This document shows, in pieces, positions 39,111-51,100 of a DNA stretch of 64,000 nt. The DNA is taken from assembly GCA_964016885.1 (NCBI GenBank), contig OZ024742.1:341062001-341126000 (forward strand), read 5' to 3'. The position numbers were made by a program, and so were the translations under genes. Below the pieces are notes generated by a model. The model had not been told where the DNA came from, ran no database searches, and saw only the letters and a program-made list of their open reading frames with translations. Position 1 is the first letter of the stretch; each line of letters starts with the position of its first letter. The DNA is from Eledone cirrhosa (Eukaryota).

Positions 39111-42100
39111 TTAGAAGTGCCTGTCAGCGTGTCTGTGTTTGTCTATAGGTACTTTAGGAGTGCCTGTCTGTGTGTCTGTGTTTGTCTACAGGTACTTTAG
39201 GAGTGCCTGTCAGTGTGTCTGTGTTTGTCTACAGGTACTTTAGGAGTGCCTGTCTGTGTGTCTGTGTTTGTCTATAGGTACTTTAGGAGTGCCTGTCAGC
39301 GTGTCTGTGTTTGTCTATAGGTACTTTAGGAGTGCCTGTCTGTGTGTCTGTGTTTGTCTACAGGTACTTTAGGAGTGCCTGTCTGTGTGTCTGTGTTTGT
39401 CTATAGGTACTTTAGGAGTGCCTGTCAGTGTGTCTGTGTTTGTCTATAGGTACTTTAGGAGTGCCTGTCAGCGTGTCTGTGTTTGTCTATAGGTACTTTA
39501 GGAGTGCCTGTCTGTGTGTCTGTGTTTGTCTACAGGTACTTTAGGAGTGCCTGTCTGTGTGTCTGTGTTTGTCTATAGGTACTTTAGGAGTGCCTGTCAG
39601 TGTGTCTGTGTTTGTCTACAGGTACTTTAGGAGTGCCTGTCTGTGTGTCTGTGTTTGTCTATAGGTACTTTAGGAGTGCCTATCTGTGTGACTGTGTTTG
39701 TCTACAGGTACTTTAGGAGTGCCTGTCTGTGTGTCTGTGTTTGTCTATAGGTACTTTAGGAGTGCCTGTCTGTGTGTCTGTGTTTGTCTATACGTACTTT
39801 AGGAGTGCCTGTCAGTGTGTCTGTGTTTGTCTATAGGTACTTTAGGAGTGCCTGTCAGCGTGTCTGTGTTTGTCTATACGTACTTTAGGAGTGCCTGTCT
39901 GTGTGTCTGTGTTTGTCTATAGGTACTTTAGGAGTGCCTGTCAGCGTGTCTGTGTTTGTCTATACGTACTTTAGGAGTGCCTGTCAGTGTGTCTGTGTTT
40001 GTCTATAGGTTCTTTAGGAGTGCCTGTCTGTGTGTCTGTGTTTTTCTATAGGTACTTTAGGAGTGCCTGTCTGTGTGTCTGTGTTTGTCTACAGGTACTT
40101 TAGGAGTGCCTGTCAGTGTGTCTGTGTTTGTCTATAGGTACTTTAGGAGTGCCTGTCTGTGTGTCTGTGTTTGTCTATAGGTACTTTAGGAGTGCCTGTA
40201 TGTGTGTCTGTGTTTGTCTATAGGTACTTTAGGAGTGCCTGTCCGTGTGTCTGTGTTTGTCTATAGGTACTTTAGGAGTGCCTGTCAGCGTGTCTGTGTT
40301 TGTCTATAGTACTTTAGGAGTGCCTGTCTGTGTGTCTGTGTTTGTCTATAGGTACTTTAGAAGTGCCTGTCAGCGTGTCTGTGTTTGTCTATAGGTACTT
40401 TAGGAGTGCCTGTCTGTGTGTGTTTGTCTATAGGTACTTTAGGAGTGCCTGTCAGTGTGTCTGTGTTTGTCTATAGGTACTTTAGGGTGCCTGTCTGTGT
40501 GTCTGTGTTTGTCTATAGGTACTTTAGGAGTGCCTGTCAGTGTGTCTGTGTTTGTCTATAGGTACTTTAGGAGTGCCTGTCTGTGTGTCTGTGTTTGTCT
40601 ACATGTACTTTAGCAGTGCCTGTCTGTGTGTCTGTGTTTGTCTATAGGTACTTTAGGAGTGCCTGTCAGTGTGTCTGTGTTTGTCTATAGGTACTTTAGG
40701 AGTGCCTATCTGTGTGTCTGTGTTTGTCTACAGGTAATTTAGGAGTGCCTGTCAGTGTGTCTGTGTTTGTCTATAGGTACTTTAGGAGTGCCTGTCTGTG
40801 TGTCTGTGTTTGTCTATAGGTACTTTAGGAGTGCCTGTCTGTGTGTCTGTGTTTGTCAATAGGTACTTTAGGAGTGCCTGTCTGTGTGTCCGTGTTTGTC
40901 TATAGGTACTTTAGGAGTGCCTGTCTGTGTGTCTGTGTTTGTCTATAGGTACTTTAGGAGTGCCTGTCAGTGTGTCTGTGTTTGTCTGTAGGTACTTTAG
41001 GAGTGCCTGTCAGTGTGTCTGTGTTTTTCTATAGGTACTTTAGGAGTGCCTGTCTGTGTGTCTGTGTTTGTCTATAGATACTTTAGGAGTGCCTGTCTGT
41101 GTGTCTGTGTTTGTCTATAGGTACTTTAGGAGTGTCTGTCTGTGTGTCTGTGTTTGTCTATAGGTACTTTAGGAGTGCCTGTCAGTGTGTCTATGTTTGT
41201 CAATTGGTACTTTAGGAGTGCCTGTCTGTGTGTCTGTGTTTGTCTATAGGTACTTTAGGAGTGCCTGTCAGTGTGTCTGTGTTTGTCTATAGATACTTTA
41301 GAAGTGCCTGTCTGTGTGTCTGTGTTTGTCTATAGATACTTTAGGCGTGCCTGTCTGTGTGTCTGTGTTTGTCTATAGGTACTTTAGGAGTGCCTGTCAG
41401 TGTGTCTGTGTTTGTCTATAGGTACTTTAGGAGTGCCTGTCAGTGTGTCTGTGTTTGTCTATAGGTACTTTAGGAGTGCCTGTCTGTGTGTCTGTGTTTG
41501 TCTATAGATACCTTAGGAGTGCCTGTCTGTGTGTCTGTGTTTGTCTATAGGTACTTTAGGAGTGCCTGTCTGTGTGTCTGTGTTTGTCTATAGTTACTTT
41601 AGAAGTGCCTGTCTGTGTGTCTGTGTTTGTCTATAGGTACTTTAGGAGTGCCTGTCTGTGTGTCTGTGTTTGTCTATAGGTACTTTAGAAGTGCCTGTCT
41701 GTGTGTCTGTGTTTGTCTATAGGTACTTTAGGAGTGCCTGTCTGTGTGTCTGTGTTTGTCTATAGGTACTTTAGAAGTGCCTGTCTGTGTGTCTGTGTTT
41801 GTCTATAGGTACTTTAGGAGTGCCTGTCTGTGTGTCTGTGTTTGTCTATAGGTACTTTAGGAGTGCCTTTCTGTGTGTCTCTGTTTGTCTATAGGTATGT
41901 TAGGAGTGCCTGTCTGTGTGTCTGTGTTTGTCTATAGGTACTTTAGGAGTGCCTTTCTGTGTGTCTGTGTTTGTCTATAGGTACTTTAGGAGTGCCTGTC
42001 TGTGTGTCTGTGTTTGTCTATAGGTACTTTAGGAGTGCCTGTCTGTGTGTCTGTGTTTGTCTATAGGTACTTTAGGAGTGACTGTCTGTGTGTCTGTGTT

Positions 42101-45100
42101 TGTCTATAGGCACTTTAGGAGTGCCTGTCTGTGTGTCTGTGTTTGTCTATAGGTACTTTAGGAGTGCCTGTCTGTGTGTCTGTGTTTGTCTATAGGTACT
42201 TTAGGAGTGCCTGTCTGTGTGTCTGTGTTTGTCAATAGGTACTTTAGGAGTGCCTGTCAGCGTGTCTGTGTTTGTCTATAGGTACTTTAGGAGTGCCTTT
42301 CTGTGTGTCTGTGTTTGTCTATAGGTACTTAAGGAGTGCCTGTCAGCGTGTCTGTGTTTGTCTATAGTACTTTAGGAGTGCCTGTCTGTGTGTCTGTGTT
42401 TGTCTATAGGTACTTTAGAAGTGCCTGTCAGCGTGTCTGTGTTTGTCTATAGGTACTTTAGGAGTGCCTGTCTGTGTGTGTTTGTCTATAGGTACTTTAG
42501 GAGTGCCTGTCAGTGTGTCTCTGTTTGTCTATAGGTACTTTAGGGTGCCTGTCTGTGTGTCTGTGTTTGTCTATAGGTACTTTAGGAGTGCATGTCAGTG
42601 TGTCTGTGTTTGTCTATAGGTACTTTAGGAGTGCCTGTCTGTGTGTCTGTGTTTGTCTACATGTACTTTAGGAGTGCCTGTCTGTGTGTCTGTGTTTGTC
42701 TATATGTACTTTAGGAGTGCCTGTCAGTGTGTCTGTGATTGTCTATAGGTACTTTAGGAGTGCCTATCTGTGTGTCTGTGTTTGTCTACAGGTAATTTAG
42801 GAGTGCCTGTCAGCGTGTCTGTGTTTGTCTATAGGTACTTTAGGAGTGCCTGTCTGTGTGTCTGTGTTTGTCTATAGGTACTTCAGGAGTGCCTGTCAGC
42901 GTGTCTGTGTTTGTCTATAGGTACTTTAGGAGTGCCTGTCTGTGTGTCTGTGTTTGTCTATAGGTACTTTAGGAGTGCCTGTCTGTGTGTCTGTGTTTGT
43001 CTATAGGTACTTTAGGAGTGCCTGTCAGCGTATCTGTGTTTGTCTATAGGTACTTTAGGAGTGCCTGTCTGTGTGTCTGGGTTTGTCTATAGGTACTTTA
43101 GGAGTGCCTGTCAGTGTGTCTGTGTTTGTCTATAGGTACTTTAGGAGTGCCTGTCTGTGTGTCTGTGTTTGCCTATAGGTACTTTAGGAGTGCCTGTCTG
43201 TGTGTCTGTGTTTGTCAATAGGTACTTTAGGAGTACCTGTCTGTGTGTCCGTGTTTGTCTATAGGTACTTTAGGAGTGCCTGTCTGTGTGTCTGTGCTTG
43301 TCTATAGGTACTTTAGGAGTGCCTGTCAGTGTGTCTGTGTTTGTCTATAGGTACTTTAGGAGTGCCTGTCAGTGTGTCTGTGTTTTTCTATAGGTAATTT
43401 AGGAGTGCCTGTCTGTGTGTCTGTGTTTGTCTATAGATACTTTAGGAGTGCCTGTCTGTGTGTCTGTGTTTGTCTATAGGTACTTTAGGAGTGCCTGTCT
43501 GTGTGTCTGTGTTTGTCTATAGGTACTTTAGGAGTGCCTGTCAGTGTGTCTATGTTTGTCAATAGGTACTTTAGGAGTGCCTGTCTGTGTGTCTGTGTTT
43601 GTCTATAGGTACTTTAGGAGTGCCTGTCAGTGTGTCTGTGTTTGTCTATAGGTACTTTAGAAGTGCCTGTCTGTGTGTCTGTGTTTGTCTATAGATACTT
43701 TAGGCGTGCCTGTCTGTGTGTCTGTGTTTGTCTATAGGTACTTTAGGAGTGCCTGTCAGTGTGTCTGTGTTTGTCTATAGGTACTTTAGGAGTGCCTGTC
43801 AGTGTGTCTGTGTTTGTCTATAGGTACGTTAGGAGTGCCTGTCTGTGTGTCTGTGTTTGTCTATAGATACCTTAGGAGTGCCTGTCTGTGTGTCTGTGTT
43901 TGTCTATAGGTACTTTAGAAGTGCCTGTCTGTGTGTCTGTGTTTGTCTATAGGTACTTTAGGAGTGCCTGTCAGTGTGTCTGTGTTTGTCTATAGGTACT
44001 TTAGAAGTGCCTGTCTGTCGGTCTGTCTTTGTCTATAGGTACTTTAGGAGTGCCTGTCTGTGTGTCTGTGTTTGTCTATAGGTACTTTAGGAGTGCCTTT
44101 CTGTGTGTCTCTGTTTGTCTATAGGTATGTTAGGAGTGCCTGTCTGTGTGTCTGTGTTTGTCTATAGGTACTTTAGGAGTGCCTTTCTGTGTGTCTGTGT
44201 TTGTCTATAGGTACTTTAGGAGTGCCTGTCTGTGTGTCTGTGTTTGTCTATAGGTACTTTAGGAGTGCCTGTCTGTGTGTCTGTGTTTGTCTATAGGTAC
44301 TTTAGGAGTGCCTGTCTGTGTGTCTGTGTTTGTCAATAGGTACTTTAGGAGTGCCTGTCAGCGTGTCTGTGTTTGTCTATAGGTACTTTAGGAGTGCCTT
44401 TCTGTGTGTCTGTGTTTGTCTATAGGTACTTAAGAAGTGCCTGTCTGTGTGTCTGTGTTTGTCTATAGGTACTTTAGGAGTGCCTGTCTGTGTGTCTGTG
44501 TTTGTCTATAGGTACTTTAGGAGTGCCTTTCTGTGTGTCAGTGTTTGTCTATAGGTACTTTAGGAGTGCCTGTCTGTGTGTCTGTTTATGTCTATAGGTA
44601 CTTTATGAGTGCCTGTCTGTGTGTCTGTGTTTGTCTATAGGTACTTTAGGAGTGTCTGTCAGTGTGCCTGTGTTTGTCTATAGGTACTTTAGGAGTGCCT
44701 GTCTGTGTGTCTGTGTTTGTCTATAGGTACTTTAGGAATGCCTGTCTGTGTGTCTGTGTTTGTCTATAGGAACTTTAGGAGTGCCTGTCTGTGTGTCTGT
44801 GTTTGTCTATAGGTACTTTAGGAGTGCCTGTCAGCGTGTCTGTGTTTGTCTATAGGTACTTTAGGAGTGCCTGTCAGTGTGTCTGTATTTGTCTATAGGT
44901 ACTTTAGGAGTGCCTGTCAGTGTGTCTGTGTTTGTCTATAGGTACTTTAGGAGTGCCTGTCAGTGTGTCTGTGTTTGTCTATAGGTACTTTAGGAGTGCC
45001 TGTCAGCGTGTCTGTGTTTGTCTATAGGTACTTTAGGAGTGCCTGTCTGTGTGTCTGGGTTTGTCTATAGGTACTTTAGGAGTGCCTGTCAGTGTGTCTG

Positions 45101-48100
45101 TGTTTGTCTATAGGTACTTTAGAAGTGCCTGTCTGTCTGTCTGTGTTTGTCTATAGGTACTTTAGGAGTGCCTGTCTGTGTGTCTGTGTTTGTCTATAGG
45201 TACTTTAGGAGTGCCTTTCTGTGTGTCTCTGTTTGTCTATAGGTATGTTAGGAGTGCCTGTCTGTGTGTCTGTGTTTGTCTATAGGTACTTTAGGAGTGC
45301 CTTTCTGTGTGTCTGTGTTTGTCTATAGGTACTTTAGGAGTGCCTGTCTGTGTGTCTGTGTTTGTCAATAGGTACTTTAGGAGTGCCTGTCTGTGTGTCT
45401 GTGTTTGTCTATAGGTACTTTAGGAGTGCCTGTCTGTGTGTCTGTGTTTGTCAATAGGTACTTTAGGAGTGCCTGTCAGCGTGTCTGTGTTTGTCTATAG
45501 GTACTTTAGGAGTGCCTTTCTGTGTGTCTGTGTTTGTCTATAGGTACTTAAGAAGTGCCTGTCTGTGTGTCTGTGTTTGTCTATAGGTACTTTAGGAGTG
45601 CCTGTCTGTGTGTCTGTGTTTGTCTATAGGTACTTTAGGAGTGCCTTTCTGTGTGTCAGTGTTTGTCTATAGGTACTTTAGGAGTGCCTGTCTCTGTGTC
45701 TGTTTATGTCTATAGGTACTTTAGGAGTGCCTGTCTGTGTGTCTGTGTTTGTCTATAGGTACTTTAGGAGTGTCTGTCAGTGTGTCTGTGTTTGTCTATA
45801 GGTACTTTAGGAGTGCCTGTCTGTGTGTCTGTGTTTGTCTATAGGTACTTTAGGAATGCCTGTCTGTGTGTCTGTGTTTGTCTATAGGTACTTTAGGAGT
45901 GCCTGTCTGTGTGTCTGTGTTTGTCTATAGGTACTTTAGGAGTGCCTGTCAGCGTGTTTGTGTATGTCTATAGGTACTTTAGGAGTGCCTGTCAGTGTGT
46001 CTGTGTTTGTCTATAGGTACTTTAGGAGTGCCTGTCGGTGTGTCTGTGTTTGTCTATAGGTACTTTAGGAGTGCCTGTCAGTGTGTCTGTGTTTGTCTAT
46101 AGGTACTTTAGGAGTGCCTGTCAGCGTGTCTGTGTTTGTCTATAGGTACTTTAGGAGTGCCTGTCAGTGTGTCTGTGTTTGTCTATAGGTACTTTAGGAG
46201 TGCCTGTCAGTGTGTCTGTGTTTGTCTATAGGTACTTTAGGAGTGCCTGTCAGTGTGTCTGTGTATGTCTATAGGTACTTTAGGAGTGCCTGTCTGTGGT
46301 CTCTGTTTGTCTATAGGTACTTTAGGAGTGCCTGTCAGTGTGTCTGTGTTTGTCTATAGGTACTTTAGGAGTGCCTGTCAGTGTGTCTGTGTTTGTCTAT
46401 ACGTACTTTAGGAGTGCCTGTCAGTGTGTCTGTGTTTGTCTACAGGTACTTTAGGAGTGCCTGTCAGTGTGTCTGTGTTTGTCTACAGGTACTTTAGGAG
46501 TGCCTGTCTGTGTGTCTGTGTTTGTCTACAGGTACTTTAGGAATGCCTGTCTGTGTGTCTGTGTTTGTCTACAGGTACTTTAGGAGTGCCTGTCAGTGTG
46601 TCTGTGTTTGTCTACAGGTACTTTAGGAGTGCCTGTCTGTGTCTTTGTGTTTGTCTATAGGTACTTTAGGAGTGCCTGTCAGTGTGTCTGTGTTTGTCTA
46701 TAGGTACTTTAGGAGTGCCTGTCTGTGTGTCTGTGTTTGTCTATAGGTACTTTAGGAGTGCCTGTCAGTGTGTCTGTGTTTGTCTATAGGTACGTTAGGA
46801 GTGCCTGTCAGCGTGTCTGTGTTTGTCTATAGGTACTTTAGGAGTGCCTGTCAGCGTTTCTGTGTTTGTCTATAGGTACTTTAGGAGTGCCTGTCTGTGT
46901 GTCTGTGTTTGTCTATAGGTACTTTAGGAGTGCCTGTTATTGTGTCTGTGTTTGTCTATAGGTACTTTAGGAGTGCCTGTCTGTGTGTCTGTGTTTGTCT
47001 ATAGGTACTTTAGGAGTGCCTGTCAGTGTGTCTGTGTTTGTCTATACGTACTTTAGGTGTGCCTGTCAGTGTGTCTGTGTTTGTCTATAGGTACTTTAGG
47101 AGTGCCTTTCTGTGTGTCTCTGTTTGTCTATAGGTACTTTAGGAGTGCCTGTCAGTGTGTCTGTGTTTGTCTATAGGTACTTTAGGAGTGCCTGTCTGTG
47201 TGTCTGTGTTTGTCTATAGGTACTTTAGGAGTGCCTGTCTGTGTGTCTGTGTTTGTCTATAGGTACTTTAGGAGTGCCTGTCAGCGTGTCTGTGTTTGTC
47301 TATACGTACTTTAGGAGTGCCTGTCAGTGTGTCTGTGTTTGTCTACAGGTACTTTAGGAGTGCCTGTCAGTGTGTCTGTGTTTGTCTACAGGTACTTTAG
47401 GAGTGCCTGTCTGTGTGTCTGTGTTTGTCTACAGGTACTTTAGGAGTGCCTGTCTGTGTGTCTGTGTTTGTCTACAGGTACTTTAGGAGTGCCTGTCAGT
47501 GTGTCTGTGTTTGTCTACAGGTACTTTAGGAGTGCCTGTCTGTGTGTCTGTGTTTGTCTATAGGTACTTTAGGAGTGCCTATCTGTGTGACTGTGTTTGT
47601 CTACAGGTACTTTAGGAGTGCCTGTCTGTGTGTCTGTGTTTGTCTATAGGTACTTTAGGAGTGCCTGTCTGTGTGTCTGTGTTTGTCTACAGGTACTTTA
47701 GGAGTGCCTGTCAGTGTGTCTGTGTTTGTCTACAGGTACTTTAGGAGTGCCTGTCAGTGTGTCTGTGTTTGTCTATAGGTACTTTAGGAGTGCCTGTCTG
47801 TGTGTCTGTGTTTGTCTATAGGTACTTTAGGAGTGCCTGTCTGTGTGTCTGTGTTTGTCTATAGGTACTTTAGGAGTGCCTGTCTGTGTGTCTGTGTTTG
47901 TCTATAGGTACTTTAGGAGTGCCTGTCAGCGTGTCTGTGTTTGTCTATACGTACTTTAGGAGTGCCTGTCAGTGTGTCTGTGTTTGTCTATAGGTACTTT
48001 AGGAGTGCCTGTCAGTGTGTCTGTGTTTGTCTACAGGTACTTTAGAAGTGCCTGTCAGTGTGTCTGTGTTTGTCTATACGTACTTTAGGAGTGCCTGTCA

Positions 48101-51100
48101 GTGTGTCTGTGTTTGTCTATAGGTACTTTAGGAGTGCCTGTCAGCGTGTCTGTGTTTGTCTATACGTACTTTAGGAGTGCCTGTCAGTGTGTCTGTGTTT
48201 GTCTATAGGTACTTTAGGAGTGCCTGTCTGTGTGTCTGTGTTTGTCTACAGGTACTTTAGGAGTGCCTGTCAGTGTGTCTGTGTTTGTCTACAGGTACTT
48301 TAGAAGTGCCTGTCAGTGTGTCTGTGTTTGTCTATACGTACTTTAGGAGTGCCTGTCAGTGTGTCTGTGTTTGTCTACAGGTACTTTAGGAGTGCCTGTC
48401 TGTGGTCTCTGTTTGTCTATAGGTACTTTAGGAGTGCCTGTCAGTGTGTCTGTGTTTGTCTATAGGTACTTTAGGAGTGCCTGTCAGTGTGTCTGTGTTT
48501 GTCTATACGTACTTTAGGAGTGCCTGTCAGTGTGTCTGTGTTTGTCTACAGGTACTTTAGGAGTGCCTGTCAGTGTGTCTGTGTTTGTCTACAGGTACTT
48601 TAGGAGTGCCTGTCTGTGTGTCTGTGTTTGTCTACAGGTACTTTAGGAATGCCTGTCTGTGTGTCTGTGTTTTTCTACAGGTACTTTAGGAGTGCCTGTC
48701 AGTGTGTCTGTGTTTGTCTACAGGTACTTTAGGAGTGCCTGTCTGTGTCTCTGTGTTTGTCTATAGGTACTTTAGGAGTGCCTGTCAGTGTGTCTGTGTT
48801 TGTCTATAGGTACTTTAGGAGTGCCTGTCTGTGTGTCTGTGTTTGTCTATAGGTACTTTAGGAGTGCCTGTCAGTGTGTCTGTGTTTGTCTATAGGTACG
48901 TTAGGAGTGCCTGTCAGCGTGTCTGTGTTTGTCTATAGGTACTTTAGGAGTGCCTGTCAGCGTTTCTGTGTTTGTCTATAGGTACTTTAGGAGTGCCTGT
49001 CTGTGTGTCTGTGTTTGTCTATAGGTACTTTAGGAGTGCCTGTTATTGTGTCTGTGTTTGTCTATAGGTACTTTAGGAGTGCCTGTCTGTGTGTCTGTGT
49101 TTGTCTATAGGTACTTTAGGAGTGCCTGTCAGTGTGTCTGTGTTTGTCTATACGTACTTTAGGTGTGCCTGTCAGTGTGTCTGTGTTTGTCTATAGGTAC
49201 TTTAGGAGTGCCTTTCTGTGTGTCTCTGTTTGTCTATAGGTACTTTAGGAGTGCCTGTCAGTGTGTCTGTGTTTGTCTATAGGTACTTTAGGAGTGCCTG
49301 TCTGTGTGTCTGTGTTTGTCTATAGGTACTTTAGGAGTGCCTGTCTGTGTGTCTGTGTTTGTCTATAGGTACTTTAGGAGTGCCTGTCAGCGTGTCTGTG
49401 TTTGTCTATACGTACTTTAGGAGTGCCTGTCAGTGTGTCTGTGTTTGTCTACAGGTACTTTAGGAGTGCCTGTCAGTGTGTCTGTGTTTGTCTACAGGTA
49501 CTTTAGGAGTGCCTGTCTGTGTGTCTGTGTTTGTCTACAGGTACTTTAGGAGTGCCTGTCTGTGTGTCTGTGTTTGTCTACAGGTACTTTAGGAGTGCCT
49601 GTCAGTGTGTCTGTGTTTGTCTACAGGTACTTTAGGAGTGCCTGTCTGTGTGTCTGTGTTTGTCTATAGGTACTTTAGGAGTGCCTATCTGTGTGTCTGT
49701 GTTTGTCTACAGGTACTTTAGGAGTGCCTGTCTGTGTGTCTGTGTTTGTCTATAGGTACTTTAGGAGTGCCTGTCAGTGTGTCTGTGTTTGTCTATAGGT
49801 ACTTTAGGAGTGCCTGTCAGTGTGTCTGTGTTTGTCTATAGGTACGTTAGGAGTGCCTGTCTGTGTGTCTGTGTTTGTCTATAGATACCTTAGGAGTGCC
49901 TGTCTGTGTGTCTGTGTTTGTCTATAGGTACTTTAGAATTGCCTGTCTGTGTGTCTGTGTTTGTCTATAGGTACTTTAGGAGTGCCTGTCAGTGTGTCTG
50001 TGTTTGTCTATAGGTACTTTAGAAGTGCCTGTCTGTCGGTCTGTCTTTGTCTATAGGTACTTTAGGAGTGCCTGTCTGTGTGTCTGTGTTTGTCTATAGG
50101 TACTTTAGGAGTGCCTTTCTGTGTGTCTCTGTTTGTCTATAGGTATGTTAGGAGTGCCTGTCTGTGTGTCTGTGTTTGTCTATAGGTACTTTAGGAGTGC
50201 CTTTCTGTGTGTCTGTGTTTGTCTATAGGTACTTTAGGAGTGCCTGTCTGTGTGTCTGTGTTTGTCTATAGGTACTTTAGGAGTGCCTGTCTGTGTGTCT
50301 GTGTTTGTCTATAGGTACTTTAGGAGTGCCTGTCTGTGTGTCTGTGTTTGTCAATAGGTACTTTAGGAGTGCCTGTCAGCGTGTCTGTGTTTGTCTATAG
50401 GTACTTTAGGAGTGCCTTTCTGTGTGTCTGTGTTTGTCTATAGGTACTTAAGAAGTGCCTGTCTGTGTGTCTGTGTTTGTCTATAGGTACTTTAGGAGTG
50501 CCTGTCTGTGTGTCTGTGTTTGTCTATAGGTACTTTAGGAGTGCCTTTCTGTGTGTCAGTGTTTGTCTATAGGTACTTTAGGAGTGCCTGTCTGTGTGTC
50601 TGTTTATGTCTATAGGTACTTTATGAGTGCCTGTCTGTGTGTCTGTGTTTGTCTATAGGTACTTTAGGAGTGTCTGTCAGTGTGCCTGTGTTTGTCTATA
50701 GGTACTTTAGGAGTGCCTGTCTGTGTGTCTGTGTTTGTCTATAGGTACTTTAGGAATGCCTGTCTGTGTGTCTGTGTTTGTCTATAGGAACTTTAGGAGT
50801 GCCTGTCTGTGTGTCTGTGTTTGTCTATAGGTACTTTAGGAGTGCCTGTCAGCGTGTCTGTGTTTGTCTATAGGTACTTTAGGAGTGCCTGTCAGTGTGT
50901 CTGTATTTGTCTATAGGTACTTTAGGAGTGCCTGTCAGTGTGTCTGTGTTTGTCTATAGGTACTTTAGGAGTGCCTGTCAGTGTGTCTGTGTTTGTCTAT
51001 AGGTACTTTAGGAGTGCCTGTCAGCGTGTCTGTGTTTGTCTATAGGTACTTTAGGAGTGCCTGTCTGTGTGTCTGGGTTTGTCTATAGGAACTTTAGGAG

